In this document: in pieces, positions 24,879 through 36,500 of the stretch | How the letters are laid out: every line of letters begins with the position of its first letter | Position numbering within the stretch: position 1 is the first letter of the stretch | NCBI GenBank assembly: GCA_002269645.1 | Contig: NIVC01002007.1 | Span: 62,001-126,000, forward strand | Reading direction: 5' to 3' | Source: Macrostomum lignano | Taxonomy: Eukaryota | DNA length: 64,000 nt | Translations under genes and position numbers: made by a program | Notes under the pieces: model-generated | Seen by the model: only the letters and a program-made list of their open reading frames with translations | Databases searched by the model: none | Told to the model about the DNA's origin: nothing

Positions 24879-27840
24879 ATGACAACTAAGAGCAGTAGAG
24901 CAACACAGCACAATTTAGCTGGTAGCCACACTGATGCCCATGCAGACAATTCACTTTTGCATCGCCTTAAGGAGGCCATTGTGCAGGACAATCCCACTGC
25001 TCTTATGTGCATTAAAACTGCTGCAAAAGACTGCAGCGAGGTAAATAACTGGGTTGCCTGTTTCAATTTTAATTATAGTAAAACTTAATCTTCAGTGATC
25101 TTTAAGCATTTGCAAACAATCTGCTTCCAGGAGCAATGGGATCGGGTATTCAACCAGTTGAACAGCCGCCACCAAGCCTACGTGTGTCAGAAAACGGAGC
25201 AGCACTGTAATGAGCTGCGCGAATTGCAGGTTAGCTTTTTAGATTGCAAATGTATATTTATTCATGTGTGTTTCTATATTTCTACTAACAGTAGCTTAAA
25301 TCGATATCTGCGCGAAAATTATTTCTTTTGCAGAATACTGTAAGGCGAAACCTGGCTACAGAGCGTCGCCTACTTGACGAGCAGCTTGCCAATCACAGGA
25401 GCGCCATTGCTGATGACCCCGGATTGGCCACCAATCGCAAGTCCAAGGGCTCGGGAGGCAAGTAGTTGAAATTTTCAATTGAAAATTTCCATAACCCTGC
25501 TTTTGATAATATTTAGGTCCAGGAGCTCGACCTTCTTGAAATAATGTTGAATATCCCAACTGTCTTGGATTGCCTTGTGAACTTAAAACTGCCTGTAAAA
25601 ATTGACAAAAAACTTTTGGCCACCTGTAATAGCTGGTTTTTTTTAATTCCAGATCTGACCCCAATCAGCACAGAGGAGAGGCGCAACCTGTGCGATCACC
25701 TGGCTGAGGTGAGCGCTTAGGTTGACCAATTGGAGTGACAGGAATGGCGCCAAGGTGTGATAGGAGGGGCGCCAAGGAGTGACAGGAATGGCGCCAAGGT
25801 GTGACAGTAATGGCGCCAAGGAGTGACAGTAATGGCGCCAAGGAGTGACAGGAGGGGCGCCAAGGAGTGACAGGAATGGCGCCAGGGAGTGACAGGAGTA
25901 GCGCCAAGGAGTGACAGGAATGGCGCCAAGATTAATGACAGGTATTGGTAGCAGAGCCGCCAAGGTAAAAGTAAAGTGGCGCAAGAGTCTCTTTACTCAC
26001 CTGCTCGCAGCCCGCCAGCTTGGCAACCGAGGCCCAGCCAATTCCAAACAGCGGCGCTTCTGTAGGCTCCGAAGCAGACGAATTAGCTCGACTCCATTTG
26101 GCGCTGGCTGCCAAAGAGCGCGAGCTGGCGCTAGCGGAGAACCAACTGGCCCGCAGTCGGCACCTGTGCGACAGTCTGCTGGGCCGACTGACAGCTGCGG
26201 AGGCCGAGCTGCAGTACCTGCGAAATCGGAGCAGCAACAGGCGAGTCTCTATGATAGCTGTCGGCGGGGACGAAGGCGATGCGGCCGAACAACAGGTGAG
26301 GAAAAATCGTCAAGTTGTTGAACTGCAAACGATCTATCTGTGTGCTAATATTTCTACTGTAAGTAGCGCAGTCAGTAGTTTATAATCTATCTGTGTGCTA
26401 ATATTTCTACTGTAAGTAGTGCAGTCAGTAGCTTATAATCTATCTGTGTGCTAATATTTCTACTGTAAGTAGTGCAGTCAGTAGCTTATAATTTATCTGT
26501 GTGCTAGTATTTCTACTGTAAGTAGCGCAGTCAGTAGTTTATAATCTATCTGTGTGCTAATATTTCTACTGTAAGTAGTGCAGTCAGTAGTTTATAATCT
26601 ATCTGTGTGCTAATATTTCTACTGTAAGTAGCGCAGTCAGTAGTTTATAATCTATCTGTGTGCTAATATTTCTACTGTAAGTAGTGCAGTCAGTAGTTTA
26701 TAATCTATCTGTGTGCTAATTATAAGCAGTACATTATTCCTACCTACTAATTTTAGGCTCAAACGGTAGCAGGAGACGCCGCCGCCGACAGTCTGCGCCG
26801 TTCTCTGGCCGATCTGGAGCGCCGGAGAATCATCGACACCGCAGACGCTCTTGACTTGCCGGGCGATCCCGCTGAACTGGAGCGGCGCTACGACTGTCTG
26901 CAAGTGGAACGGCGCGAGGTTGAGGCTGCCCTGACTAGGGTGCCCCGGACCGACTCTGCGCATCACACTTGGCACAGCGTGCGGGATCAGGTCTGGCTGC
27001 CATCTACAATTGAGTTTCTTGAATTCCATAATTGCATAATTCATAAAGTTTATGGTCATAAATTTCATAATAATTCCTAAATTGTATATTTAATGCTTTC
27101 AGAATCATCAAATTCGTAATTCATTTTTCCATAAGCCATAATTATCTCAATATCAAAGCTCATAATTCATAAATTTCATAATTTTAAAGTTACATCTTTA
27201 ATAAATTACATAGTTCATAAATAATTTCTTGATTATTACATTTTTATAAAAGTTCCTGACACTCTTAATAAGCTACTGTGGGTATTTTCTACTAAGTAGT
27301 ATTAATCGTATTTTAAACAGAAACCTATTTGAAAAATTTTTCCAAACCTTCACTCAGAGTCGCAGGATTAAAAAAGTAGTGCGAATCTCTCTGACTGGAC
27401 AAAAAAGGCCTCACGTAGGTGACGGTTGCGGACAAGTTTAGCTGCTAGAGTCATCATGATCAACTTGCAAACTTTATTATTTATACAATCTATCATTTTG
27501 TAATCGATTTTCTAACACGCTGTAAGACTGTAATTACTCTTTACCTGTATCAATCACGATAACCAGTTGTTGCGCGATTTACACCCGTGAGGGCCAACCC
27601 CCAAGACAGAGAGTCAGCGGAATGGGCAGGTGGATGTGTATTGATTTCGCTGAAGGCGTTGCGCCCAGGGTGCCCCGCAACCCTTGTGTCCCGCTACATA
27701 CATGCCAAACATCTTCATTCACGATTCTCATGAACCCCGAAACTCGAATTGGCCAGGAGCTGCTCGAGCAGAAGTTGGACAGCATCGATCGCGAGCTGGT
27801 GCACCTGCGCAACAGTCTGAAACATTTCCACCTGATTTGA
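24879..27840 (+). CDS. MPHOSPH9: MPHOSPH9 (MPP9)-like coiled-coil protein, 7 coding exons, about 347 aa
   Basis: Exons 24879-25040, 25131-25229, 25334-25457 (GC donor), 25653-25708, 26011-26295, 26757-26990 and 27757-27840 join in frame. The C-terminus ERREVEAALTRVP...RDQELLEQKLDSIDRELVHLRNSLKHFHLI matches the MPHOSPH9 tail EKDQIEAALSRMP...NQEALEDRLERINRELGSVRMTLKKFHVL as recalled. Confidence 0.78.
25732..25930. repeat. 22-bp intronic minisatellite (ggagtgacaggaatggcgccaa)
   Basis: Seen directly. Confidence 0.92.
26333..26720. repeat. 53-bp intronic minisatellite (tctatctgtgtgctaatatttctactgtaagtagtgcagtcagtagtttataa), about 7 copies
   Basis: Period 53 (26333 to 26386). Confidence 0.95.
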
Positions 27841-28370
27841 GACTGATCAGATTTGCAATGACGAGCAATTGAGCAATGACTCAGCTACACGTAGCAATAA
27901 TAAAAACGTAAATATTTTTTTCCTCTGTAATTTGTGTAATTTAATTCCAATTTTAATTATCTTCCATATTTTTCTACAGCTAAATTCTATTATTTTCTAT
28001 TTTTGGGTATCGGACTTTTTGTTCGTTAACTTTTATTCGTAAAAATTATTATTAATTTGTAATATACCTTACCTTATGCAATCTGCAAGTTTTTTATTCA
28101 TAAATAAAAATTGTTACTCTGACGCTCTTATTACCTATATTTCTAATTAACACGGGTGTTTTTTCTTTATCTATTTAATTATTCACTATATGAAGTTTAA
28201 TTATGCCCTTGACAGGTCGACAGCTCGCGCTTTATACATGTACATGTTGTTTTCTGCATGCTTAATTTCATTTGCGGCATGAAATTACATGTAACTGTAA
28301 CTGCATATTTACATGGAATATATAGCTAATTGTTATGCTTTTAATATAGTAAGTTACATTTAATTTAATC

Positions 28371-28738
28371 CATCATCGGAGGGGACAGGGAGGACATGTC
28401 CCCCCCATTAAAAGCTATGGGGGGACGTGCCAATGCTTTGTCCCCCCCCACCCCACCTGTGACTCGTTGTGGTAAACAATAATTTTTCTTCAAGGCGCCA
28501 AACTATAGCGCCTTCGGTGCCAAAATGAGTAGTACACTAGTACATGCCTACTGCGCTAATGAGTTCCTGCGGCGCTAAAAGGAATCTTTGCGGCGCTAAA
28601 AAGAGTGCCTGCCTACGGCGCCAAATGAGTGCTGACAACACGGATTCTCAAAATAATGAAAATGTAGGAATTTATCATGTATAAACATGTTGAATTATTG
28701 GCCTTGTCCCCCCACCATAAAATCCGGGTGATGCCCCT
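28371..28738. mobile_element. Possible MITE (GC-rich island in AT-rich DNA)
   Basis: Imperfect terminal inverted match catcatcgga / tccgggtgatg, subterminal gtccccc motifs, and internal ggcgc(c/t)aaa repeats. Confidence 0.35.
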
Positions 28739-29880
28739 GCTAATTTAACAGTTTAAAAATATATTACATGTAGTAATATATAAGTTGCTACTTTTCTAAC
28801 AAAGGTCTTTCCAAACTGCGACAGCAATGTGATTCCCACTCGGAGTTTTCCTTTCACACAATTTAAAGTCTTTAAATGAAAATTCAGGTTATTTTTGCTT
28901 TTTATATTTTGACTAACTTATATTTTGTATTTTAAGTCATTTTGGTCAATTTAACATTGCTAGCTGAGTTGGATATATAAAAATTTGTTAGTTTAAGAAA
29001 AAACGCGGAACTACAATTTTAGTATTTCAAAAAGGCGACTTTCCACGAAAGACGCGATTTTGTAACAAGATTAGCGAAGGATTAATAATATCTTTAGTAC
29101 CGCGTTCTTTAACGCTTTGTACGTTTTATAAATATATAAAGAAGTGGAATGGAAATATATTATAAATAGTAATTTTTATAAAGGTTAAAAGAAAACACTC
29201 TAGAACGTTTCGAAATATATATTAAACGTGAAAACTAGGTTTAAAATGTCTATTACAAAAATTCTTGATACCAGTTATGAATTAACAGGATCTTATTTTT
29301 TAGAAATGATGACTTTTGTTTGTTATTAATGTATATATGTTGATTTTAGAGCCTTTGTATTTAGAAATGTAATTTCTTGACTTGAAAAAGTTGTTATCAT
29401 GTTTGTATTTTAAATTGTTATGTTTTTAGGCCCACTGGCCCATTCAATATTTCTGGTAGCAATAATAATTAGTTTTTTAAATACATTCAATTAGACTAAG
29501 TTAATATTCTAGCAAACACCTTTTTTCTTAATCAAGTTGAGGTTTGAAATCAAATTTAAAGAGATAAAAGAATAATATCTACATTAATGATTATTACACT
29601 ACCCTTGGCCTTGTGCATTTTAAGGTAATAGAAATTTTTTAATACATACTTTTATTGTCAATAGGAGTTAAAATATGCAAAAAATAGTTTCAGATAAAAG
29701 ACTAATGAATGTTATACTATATTATAAACATTATTCTCATGTTTAGCTGATACTATTTTTAGTAATGGATGTATCTAATAGTGTCTTAATTCATAAATTA
29801 TTGGATATTTCAGAACTAAGTATATATCAAATACCAACTCAAACAATCAAATAATATAATAAGCTTTAATCAACCAAAGC

Positions 29881-31375
29881 ATGGCTGGTTCAGTTGAGCC
29901 CTATGACACTCATACTGGCCAAAGAATCTGCCTTGTTATTCGGGACTGGCAACTAGCTTCATTGAATGGAATTCCTTCAATATTTGAAAGTCTTGGCTTT
30001 AGAACTAAATACCAAGACCTGCCTAATGGACTGGCCGATGACTGGCTAAGTACAGAGCTCATGAAATATGCCAATGAGACTGGAAGCTGTTTTGTTTTGT
30101 ACTTTGCTGGCTGCTGCCTATGCAATTATCAACTGACTATCAATGGAGCACCATTTGATTTTCACTCAGTTATTGAACCATTTATGACATCCACTCAGTG
30201 GAAAGGAAAGCCAAAGATTTTCTTTTTTCAGGTGAGAATGACCCACCTGGCTGGTTAATTTTTTTTGTAAATGTATAAGCCTAGTTAAAATCCAACATTT
30301 TACATTTTTAAAATACTTTTTATTGTAACCCAATTAGAATTTTATAAATCATGACCTTACTAACCTTATGTTTCATAACTCATTTTACTTTAGTCCCATC
30401 TTTCTTATGAACCTTATATAACCTTACTAGGTATGGCCAGATGATATTGCATTCTTTACCTAACATACCTGATCCTGAAATACATGTACCTGACCTCAAC
30501 TTACTTGACCCAGATCTAATTTACCTGACTAACCATGACCTGATCTACCTGAACTAGACCTGAATTAACCCAACCCTGACCTAGACCTGAATTAACCCAA
30601 CCCTGACCTAGACCTGAATTAACCCAACCCTGACCTAGACCTGAATTAACCCAACCCTGACCTAGACCTGAATTAACCCAACCCTGACCTAGACCTGAAT
30701 TAACCCAACCCTGACCTAGACCTGAATTAACCCAACCCTGACCTGACTACCAGGTCTGTGACCTTGACCTCTGTGACTCTGACCTGACCTACCTGCCTTG
30801 ACACACCTGATCATGACCTGACCCTGACCTACATGATCTGACCTGGCCTATTTGACCTTGACCTGACCGTGACCTACCTGACCCTGACCTGACAGAACTG
30901 ACCCTGACCTGACCCTGACCTGACCCTAACCTACCTGACCCTGACCTACCTGACCCTAACCTACCTGACCCTACCTACCTGACTCCAACCTACCTAACCC
31001 TGACCTACCTGACCCTGACCTGACCCTGGTCTGACCCTGACTTGACCTACTTAGCCTCCCCTCGCGCAGGTGAGCCGCACGAAGCCGCTGCTCCCCACGG
31101 ACGCGGGCCCAATCGGCCCCGGCTATTCCGAGACATTCCCTGCCAGTTGGACCGACTTTGCGGTCATCCGCGCCGGCGAGCACCTGACGGAGGCCGTCCG
31201 GTCTGCCCTGCAGGACAAGGCGGTCGCAAGGCAGGACTTCCGGTTCGATGTGGTGCAGCGAATTCACGAGAACTATAGCCAGCAGCTTGAGCATGGAGTC
31301 AGTCCGGACTTCTTTGCCAGCACCGGGGCTCTGCTGAAACCGCTGTACCTTATGAGTACAAGTATTTATCGATAG
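29881..31375 (+). CDS. Caspase-fold (peptidase C14-like) module 1, predicted inactive; exons 29881-30231 and 31070-31355 (or to stop 31375)
   Basis: RICLVI..FESLGF..SCFVLYFAGCC..KGKPKIFFFQ|VSR (p20) and TDFAVI..STGALLKPLYL (p10). His is replaced by Cys and QACRG by QVSRT. Splice junction is phase 0. Confidence 0.8.
30530..31045. repeat. 27-bp minisatellite (caaccctgacctagacctgaattaacc) grading into degenerate (cctgac)n
   Basis: Seen directly in the intron of caspase-like module 1. Confidence 0.9.
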
Positions 31376-31549
31376 AATACCCTGTATCTATTAGAGGACT
31401 TATATTAGAGAATTTATAGTAGAGGACTTTTATACATAATCTCGCCTCTTCCACTGGCTGTTCCGGTCTGAAAATTTATAAATATATAGTGCCTTGCCAA
31501 GTGATCTTTTTCACATTTCAATAGTTTTGTTGCGATTTATAATTAATGA

Positions 31550-32250
31550 GTCAGTGACCCCACAATACCCATGACCTGAGACGAATGATCTACTTACTGA
31601 CCTATGATAAATGACCCAATGACCCGTGATGGAAGAGCAGGAGGACCCACTGACCCATTACGAATGACCCACTGACCCATGATGACTGACCCACTGACCC
31701 ATGACGACTGACCCACTAACCCATGATGACTGACCCACTGACCCATGATGACTAGCCCACTGACCTACGGTGAATGACCCACTGACCAATGGCACACTGA
31801 CCAATGACGACTGACCCACTGACCCATGATGACTGGCTCACTGACCCATGATGACTGGCTCACTGACCTACGGTGAATGACCCACTGATCCATGACGAAT
31901 GGCACACTGACCCATGACCACTGGCTCACTGACCCATGATGACTGACCCACTGACCCATGACCGCTGGCTCACTGTCGACTCACAATGAATGATCCACTG
32001 ACCCATGACGAATGACCCACTGATCCATGATGACTGACCCACTGACCCATGATGACTGACCCACTGACCCATGATGACTGACCCACTGACCCATGACGAA
32101 TGACCCACTGACCCATGATGATTGACCCACTGACCCATGATGACTGGCCCACTGTCGACCCACAGTGAATGACCTGCTCTCGACCCACAGTGAATGACCC
32201 ACTGTCGACCCACAGTGAATGACCCACTGACCCGTGATGAATGACCCACA
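31550..32250. repeat. Degenerate minisatellite (tgacccactgacccatga...)
   Basis: Seen directly. The HHGSVGQSSW ORFs are artefacts. Confidence 0.9.
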
Positions 32251-32290
32251 GCCCAACCCTGATCCTAAATGCCTCCAACCCTTGCTGCAG

Positions 32291-33876
32291 TCCGACCCGG
32301 CACCCACATGCAGCAGGATCCCGACGAGCTGCTGGCTGCCTACCCGCTGTCCAGACGAGGCCACTGCCTCATCGCCACCATGAAATTCGGCGACTGTTCA
32401 CCGCCCTTCAAAGCCGACCTGCCGGCCCGGGCCGAAGACTACGAGCGCGCCCTGCTGGGCCTCGGCTTCGACAAGCAACGAATCGTCCGGTTGGACGACG
32501 TGAACTCCGGGTCGGTGAACTCTGAGCTCGGCCGGCTGGCAGCGTCAGCCGAACACAACCCGCTGGACTGTCTGGTGGTCATCCTGATCTGCGAGTACGG
32601 CTTCCTTCTGACGCCGCCGTCGGGGGTGGTTCACCCGGGCGTCAGGTCGGAGCAGGTGGGCTGTTAATGCATTCGCTTCTTAATCGAAATCCTGCTCACA
32701 ATCCCCTGACCCACAATCCCTGACCCACAATCACCTGACCCACAATCCTTTGACCCACAATCCCTGACCCACAATCCCTGACCCACAATCACCTGACCCA
32801 CAATCCCTGACCCACAATCCCCTGACCCTCAATCCCTGACCCACAATCCCCTGACCCACAATCCCTGACCCACAATTCCCTAACCCACAATCCCCTGACC
32901 CACAATCCCCGGACCCGCAATCCCCTGACCCACAATCCCCTGACCCACAATGGCCCTGACCCACAATCCCCTGACCCTCAATCCCCTGACCCACAATCAC
33001 CTGACCCAAAATCCCCTGACCCACAATCTCCTGACCCGCAATCCCCTGACCCGCAATCCCTGACCCACAATTCCCTAACCCACAATCCCCTGACCCACAA
33101 TCCCCGGACCCGCAATCCCCTGACACACAATCCCCTGACCCACAATGGCCCTGACCCTCAATCCCCTGACCCACAATCACCTGACCCACAATCCCCTGAC
33201 CCGCAATCCCCTGACCTGCAATCCCCTGACCCACAATCCCCTGACCCACAATCCCCTGACACGCAATCCCCTGACCCAAAATCCCATCCCCGCTCTGCAG
33301 GGCATGGACTCCGGCTACTATCGCTACGGCAGCAGCAGGTACAGCGTCCCTAGCAACCAAACCGACGCCGTCCTGGAGAACCCGCTGCGCCCGAAACTTC
33401 GCCTGCACGAGGAGGTGTTCAGCCGGTTTAGCTCGGACCGCTGTCCAGCCCTGGCCGGCAAGCCGCGTCTGTTCATCGTGCACACCCCGCGCGAAATGGA
33501 ACGCCTGGACTGTATGCAGCGAATTCGCCGGCACCACTTTGGTTTCATGCTGAACCCCGGGCGGCTGGAAGAGTACATCTCCCTGACCCGCTGCCAGGAG
33601 TTTCAGCTGGGCCCAGACTTCTACATCCTGTATGCGCCGCTGCCCTTCATGGACAGCCATCGGGTGCCGAACCCGGCCCAGGAGCTGGCCAAGGCGATGC
33701 TGACAGCAGGACAGCAAAATTCTGACCGCGGCGCCGAGCTGACGGACATGGTGCTGGAGCTGATGGCCAAGGTGGGAGACAGCGGTTGCGCCGAGATCGC
33801 CATGCCGAAGGTGTTCAGCACCCTGACTAAGCTGGTGCGGTTCCCTGCCAGCGACGGTCGGGTCGGTCGCTATTAG
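32291..33876 (+). CDS. Caspase-fold module 2, predicted inactive; exons 32291-32655 and 33301-33876
   Basis: YPLSRRGHCLI..ERALLGLGF..DCLVVIL, then CPALAGKPRLFIVHTPR (QACR replaced by HTPR), PDFYILYA and STLTKLVRF. Donor CAG|GTGGGC and acceptor ctgcag|GGC are both phase 0. Confidence 0.82.
32700..33285. repeat. 15-bp intronic minisatellite (aatcccctgacccac)
   Basis: Seen directly. The collagen-like GQGIV ORF on the minus strand is an artefact. Confidence 0.93.
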
Positions 33877-34184
33877 CTTAGATCGGCGCAGGTTTTTAAA
33901 CTGGTGCCATTAATACGAATTTCAAATGCTGTGTTTTTTACTAACAATAAGTAGCATAGTTAGTACGCTGTCTTTTCGAATTTAGGAAAACTGTTTTATA
34001 ATTTTGACATGGAGTCAAACGGAGTCTTAAAAAAGTTTTTTTATCAGTAAAATACAATTGTGTAGAGATTTTTATTGACAAATGGCAGCCTTGTTTACTT
34101 TTTTACGCGTAGATTAACAGGCAGGATGGTACACAGAAGGGTAGGCAGACGGACAGACAGTGACAAAAACAAAAAGGCAGACAC

Positions 34185-34192
34185 AGACAGAC

Positions 34193-34261
<69 letters not shown>

Positions 34262-34274
34262 AAGACAGACAGGC

Positions 34275-34345
<71 letters not shown>

Positions 34346-34398
34346 GAGGCAGACAGGCAGAGACGGGCAGGCAGTCAGACAGACAGACAGACAGACAA

Positions 34399-34453
<55 letters not shown>

Positions 34454-34540
34454 GGCAGACAGACAGGCAAACAGACAGGCAGACAGACAGACAGACAGAC
34501 AGACAGGCAGGCAGGCAGACAGGCAAACAGACAGACAGGC

Positions 34541-34623
<83 letters not shown>

Positions 34624-34670
34624 GACAGACAGGCAAACAGACAGACAGACAGGCAAACAGACAGACACAG
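34185..34670. repeat. (GACA)n microsatellite
   Basis: Seen directly. Confidence 0.95.
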
Positions 34671-34698
34671 TCAGCCGCACCCCGCCGCTGCCCCGGCC

Positions 34699-35370
34699 AT
34701 GCCGCAGCAGTACCCGTGCAGCCGGAAGCTCTGCGTGCTGTATCGCGACAATCCCCGGGTCCGACTGCAGCCGATGCGCGACGCCTTCGACAGCCTCCAG
34801 TTCGAGCGCCGGGAGCGCAACGTGCTGAGTGGCGAGACCAACCGGGAGGTGTACGAGTACTTCGATACCCTCGCCGACGATCAGAGCTGCGACGTGTACG
34901 ATTGTCTGGTGGTCGGCCTGTCGGGCTGCTACAACGCCCTGGACGGCTGGGGCATCAACGTGTCGGGCCTGGACGTGGACTTTGACCGCCTGTTGGAGCC
35001 GTTCAGCAAGTCCCCGGTGTGGCGCTGCAAGCCCAAGGTGTTCATCGTTCAGTACGATAACGAAGGCCTGCTGACTAAGTCGAGGATCTGCTGCGACGCC
35101 AACAGGCTGCCGAATGGGTCGCAGGCGGCTGCGGCCAGCGGCCTTCCCGTCTTCGCTGACACGGCACTGGTGCTGGGGCATGGCGGCCCACAGTTCACCG
35201 TCACCCTGTGCGATTTAGTCACCAAGTTTGGCAACCAGCTGGAGTTTCACCAGCTCATGACTCTGGTGAACCAGCGGGTTCTGCAGCTGCCGAGGCCTGA
35301 CGATATGGCGCCCTGGTCTGTGGGAGTCGTCAGCCACCTCACCAAGAAGCTCTATCTCGGTCAGGTATGA
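34699..35370 (+). CDS. Caspase-fold module 3, predicted inactive (single exon; may be spliced at both ends)
   Basis: YPCSRKLCVLY..FDSLQF..DCLVVGLSGCY..PFSKSPVWRCKPKVFIVQYDNEG..ADTALV..FTVTLCDLV..LMTLVNQRV..SHLTKKLYL. His is replaced by Cys and QACRG by QYDNE. The stop overlaps a strong donor CAG|GTATGA. Confidence 0.82.
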   Translation: MPQQYPCSRKLCVLYRDNPRVRLQPMRDAFDSLQFERRERNVLSGETNREVYEYFDTLADDQSCDVYDCLVVGLSGCYNALDGWGINVSGLDVDFDRLLEPFSKSPVWRCKPKVFIVQYDNEGLLTKSRICCDANRLPNGSQAAAASGLPVFADTALVLGHGGPQFTVTLCDLVTKFGNQLEFHQLMTLVNQRVLQLPRPDDMAPWSVGVVSHLTKKLYLGQV

Positions 35371-36204
35371 TAGACTCGCATCTCAGTCTGCCAGTGCCAA
35401 CTGTCTGCTTCCTGTTTACTCTCATCTCTCTTTTCCTCTTCTCCCCTTCTTCTCCCCTCTCTCTCTCTCTCTTCTCTCTCTCTTCTCCCTTTTCTCTCTT
35501 CTCTCCCTCTCTTTTCTCTCTATTCTTTCTTTTTTTGTCTCTCTTTTACCGATTGTGAATGAAAGTGAACCAAATCGCTGAGCTCAAAACAGAAAAGACT
35601 GCACCTTTGGTTCAAGTCCCATTTTTTGTCCAACTCTCGCCCTCAATATTGTAGACACTTGTTTATGATACTGTACATATCGGAGATTGACTGACTACGC
35701 TCGTAAACAGTTGCACTCATAAGGTAATCGCACTGTGAATACTGATTAAGTGTTCAGTTTTCTCCAAATTTAATTACATCATTCAGTTGCTGCTAACACA
35801 CTGCTTACATACCACATTGCGTCAATATAAATGTATCTTGTTAGCTACACGCAAACTTATTCCGAACTCTAAATGTGTTTTGTGGATATATTTATACTCG
35901 TATGTTTAAATCAGCCTTCTCAACTCTGATTCCGTGTGCCATGCTTTCAGATCTTTAAATGATATATTTGTCTGTCTATATCTATTTATTATATGATAAG
36001 TAATATTTTTATAAGATTAAAGGCTAAATTGCCACTTTTAATAAGATGATTTGGGTGTTTTCGTGTTAAGAAGACTGTTTTATTTACAGTATACATGTAT
36101 AGCTACGTACGCAATGATAAACAAGTCTAAAACGTAACAAATTAAACTTTAAAATCGATAGAGGTTGGCTGTTTGACGTTGAAATTAAAATTCTAGCCAA
36201 TAGG

Positions 36205-36500
36205 AATACAGGACGAAGTGGCCGGGAGTGGGGATGGGTGCAATCAAGGAGCTAGCCAATAGGAATGCAGGAAGACGGAGGGGCTGGGAGTGGGTGGGTG
36301 CAATCCAGAGCCAGCCACTAGGAATGCAGGAAGACGGAGGCTGGGGAGTGGAGTGGGCAATCCAGAGCCAGCCACTAGGAATGCAGGAAGACGGAGGGGC
36401 TGGGGAGTGGGTGGGTACAATCCAGAGCCAGCCACTAGGCATGCAGAAAGACGGAGTGGCTGGGAATGGGGTGGGTACAATCTAGAGCCAGCAAATAGGA
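36205..36500. repeat. 57-60-bp minisatellite (gagccagccactaggaatgcaggaagacggag...), about 5 copies
   Basis: Seen directly. Confidence 0.88.

Noticed and set aside
32731-33300. Collagen-like Gly-rich ORF (GQGIV / SGDCG) on the minus strand
   Set aside because: It is the antisense of a 15-bp array inside a well-supported plus-strand intron and lacks a true Gly-X-Y register.
29881-35370. Calling the caspase-fold modules pseudogenes or active caspases
   Set aside because: Frames and splice phases are intact, which argues against decay. The catalytic His and Cys are absent, which argues against protease activity.
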